NCBI GenBank assembly: GCA_051294375.1
Contig: JBJCIZ010000074.1
Location: 1-24,854, forward strand
DNA: 24,854 nucleotides
Direction of reading: 5' to 3'
DNA from: Paraspadella gotoi
Lineage: Eukaryota > Animalia > Chaetognatha
Shown piece after piece: positions 22,872 through 24,854 of this stretch (its first letter is position 1; each line of letters begins with the position of its first letter). Under the pieces are notes generated by a model that was not told the origin of the DNA, made no database searches, and saw nothing but the letters and a program-made list of their open reading frames with translations. The position numbers were made by a program, and so were the translations under genes.

Positions 22872-23386
22872 TTAATCGAGGATTGATAATTTTCTTTTTT
22901 CTTCCTCTTTTGCCCTTTCCTCTTTGCGGTTTCCCTTTATATTTTTTCTTCTTAGTCTTAGTCTTAGCCGCGGTCCTCGAAGCGAGAACGTCTCCGACCG
23001 CTTCGATGCGCCTTGCGTCAATTGATCCTTATTATTTGACCGCTCTTTTGACGCCTCTTTTGAGAGATTTTTTAGGTGACTGTCCGGTAGGATGTCGGTC
23101 AAACGCTTGAAACGCCCGAAGAAATTGGCCTCTGCCGCTAAAGCATCCCCGGTACGCTTATAATGTTTTTTTCACCGCTGGCGTCGCCGCTTTGATGACT
23201 GGTTTAACGAGAGAGACGCCTCTTTTAAAGAATGGAACCCACGACTCTGGCGAGACGCAGAAGACCGATCCAATTCCTTTTCCCGTGGCTTGATATGGTT
23301 GGAGGGGGCTAAATGACGTGGGGGGTAAAATTTTCTCCCGGGGAGCCGTCTTCTGAAGGGAAGTTTTGATTGTTTGTTATATCCAT
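22872..23386 (-). CDS. Basic core/pVII-like virion protein (frameshifted)
   Basis: HGKGIGSVF..LRLARVV..VPFFKRG motif, K/R-rich C-terminus, located between the minor and major capsid genes. Confidence 0.6.
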
Positions 23387-23394
23387 TTTTTTGT

Positions 23395-24425
23395 TTAAAT
23401 TCTTTGGAGTTTACGGCGAAAGTGTAAGAGAGCCCAGGTCACGTCCTTCCTAAAAGTAAATAGAGAAAAGTGAGCGGGTTTTTTTATAGATAACGGGGAA
23501 AAAATCTTTTTCTTTACCTCAAATATTATGGTGTGTCCATCAAAAAGTCTGTTGATAACATGTGTATGATATCTAATGTAGTCTTTCGACCTCCAAGTAA
23601 AATGGAAAACTTGACGTGGACGAGAACGCGATAGGATCTTCATCGGCCTTTCTTCTTTCGAACGGGATCACTTTGAGCACGAACTAAATGTCGACGAGGT
23701 ACGCCAAAACTTTTAAAATTTTTGTGTATAGTAAAAGGGCGTTGCAAATTGTAATTGAAGCGTCATTGCCAATTTGCCATCTGCATTTCGTCCGCGCTTT
23801 CATGTCGTAATTTGTAGTGGTCGCTAAATCCTCCTCGTCTCTTTGACCGTTTACCTTTCGTGTCTATGTACTGATATTCGTAACTTCCCTATTTTACTCT
23901 TTCGAGTATCAGTTCGTTGTCGACCGTTGGGGAATTGTCATTGCCCATTGGTAAACAATATGGGACCAGTTATAGATATGGTAACAAATTCATCCTTTAA
24001 CTGTGTATGAATTTTTCTGTCGTTGTTATTGTAAGAAAAACCTTTTTAGACGAGGGATTTGAGAGGCGATCAACTCGTTGGAGTCTCGCAAAGATGCTCC
24101 CCGTCTTAAAATTCCCTTCCTGTATTTTTACGTCGTAAAATCTACCCACGTGGCTACTGGAACGACGATTGTCCGAGACTTTGTAGAGAAAATCAAAAAG
24201 GGTAGATAATTTTCATCGGGGGTTCGTGAGGAATTCAATATAGAATTAACGTATGAAATTCTAAAAGAGCGCATTCCCAGTTTCCGCAGTTAATTGGACG
24301 GGGTCTGGCAATTTATTCATAAAATCCCCGCTTTTGTGTTCCGAAAAAAATTTTCCCTCGTCGAAGTCAGAAGAGATCATGACACGTAAAAAAATCGTCC
24401 TCCACCCGCCAAGAGTCGTCGACAT
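23395..24425 (-). CDS. Minor capsid (penton-like) protein (frameshifted; intron 23450-23517)
   Basis: N-terminal VMISSD..FF..DFMNKLPDPVQL..WECAL and C-terminal DGHTIIFE..ALLHFRR. Confidence 0.8.
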
Positions 24426-24435
24426 TCTCTTTGCC

Positions 24436-24854
24436 TCATCCAAGTGCCACGATCGAATCGCTCGATTTCACCAAGTACTCCGTAGACTCTCCGACTTACG
24501 ACCCGATCTTGAATTTCCGGCCCCCTTTTTTCGGCGTCTTTACTACAAAATAACGTTTCCTTTACCGATTTAGGCGCTTCCGCGGGGACGAGTTGATGGT
24601 CGTAGTAGGTTTTAAGGAGAATTTTTCCAACTTGTAGGTGACGGGCGTTGTTTTTGTACTTTTCTAAACGCGAAAAAATTTTATTTTCGTTTCTTTGGGC
24701 GTAAAACCGCGAGAAAAAACTGTCCTTTTAATAGTTCGTTTGACAGTTGACCAACCTTAAAACGTTGGGAGTCCTGTGAGCTAAGCGGGCTCTGCGATCT
24801 CGTCGCGCTTTTAATATTTCGACCTCAAGAATTCTTCGTTCTTAGCGTTTATGG
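24436..24854 (-). CDS. C-terminal part of the Polinton integrase (frameshifted)
   Basis: INAKNEEFLRSKY, FKVGQL, VFSRGFTP, KVQKTTPVTYKLE, TYYDHQLVP, EYLVKS, which fits the post-catalytic region of Polinton integrases. Confidence 0.75.

Larger units (their letters stand above)
13111..24854. mobile_element. Polinton/Maverick (adintovirus-like) endogenous virus, incomplete
   Basis: Integrase, pPolB, cysteine protease, MCP, minor capsid and core-like genes occur together. No TIR or packaging ATPase was seen in the window. Confidence 0.93.

Noticed and set aside
14100-24854. Programmed frameshifting or RNA editing to explain the many frameshifts
   Set aside because: Indels are scattered and differ between the duplicate copies, consistent with read error or decay.

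Overview
AT-rich, (AG)n-rich eukaryotic genomic DNA (animal, plausibly arthropod/crustacean; inference) with no recognisable host gene. The right half (13.1-24.85 kb) is a Polinton/Maverick (adintovirus-like) endogenous virus. It carries a retroviral-type integrase, protein-primed PolB, adenain-like protease, major and minor capsid proteins, a basic core-like protein and unknown ORFs. About ten short (roughly 68-109 nt) spliceosomal-type introns interrupt these genes, several inside conserved motifs, and one intron position recurs in a second diverged copy. Two contig-terminal blocks (10939-13010 and 13990-24854) appear exactly inverted and are indel-rich, most likely from assembly. The left half is nested TE debris: Penelope-like remnants with minimal hammerhead ribozyme motifs, fold-back MITEs, a Transib-like element with CACAGTG ends and a 5-bp TSD, and a miniature LTR element (PBS, PPT) whose LTRs each contain a tRNA-like cloverleaf. 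All calls are from manual reading; no searches were run.
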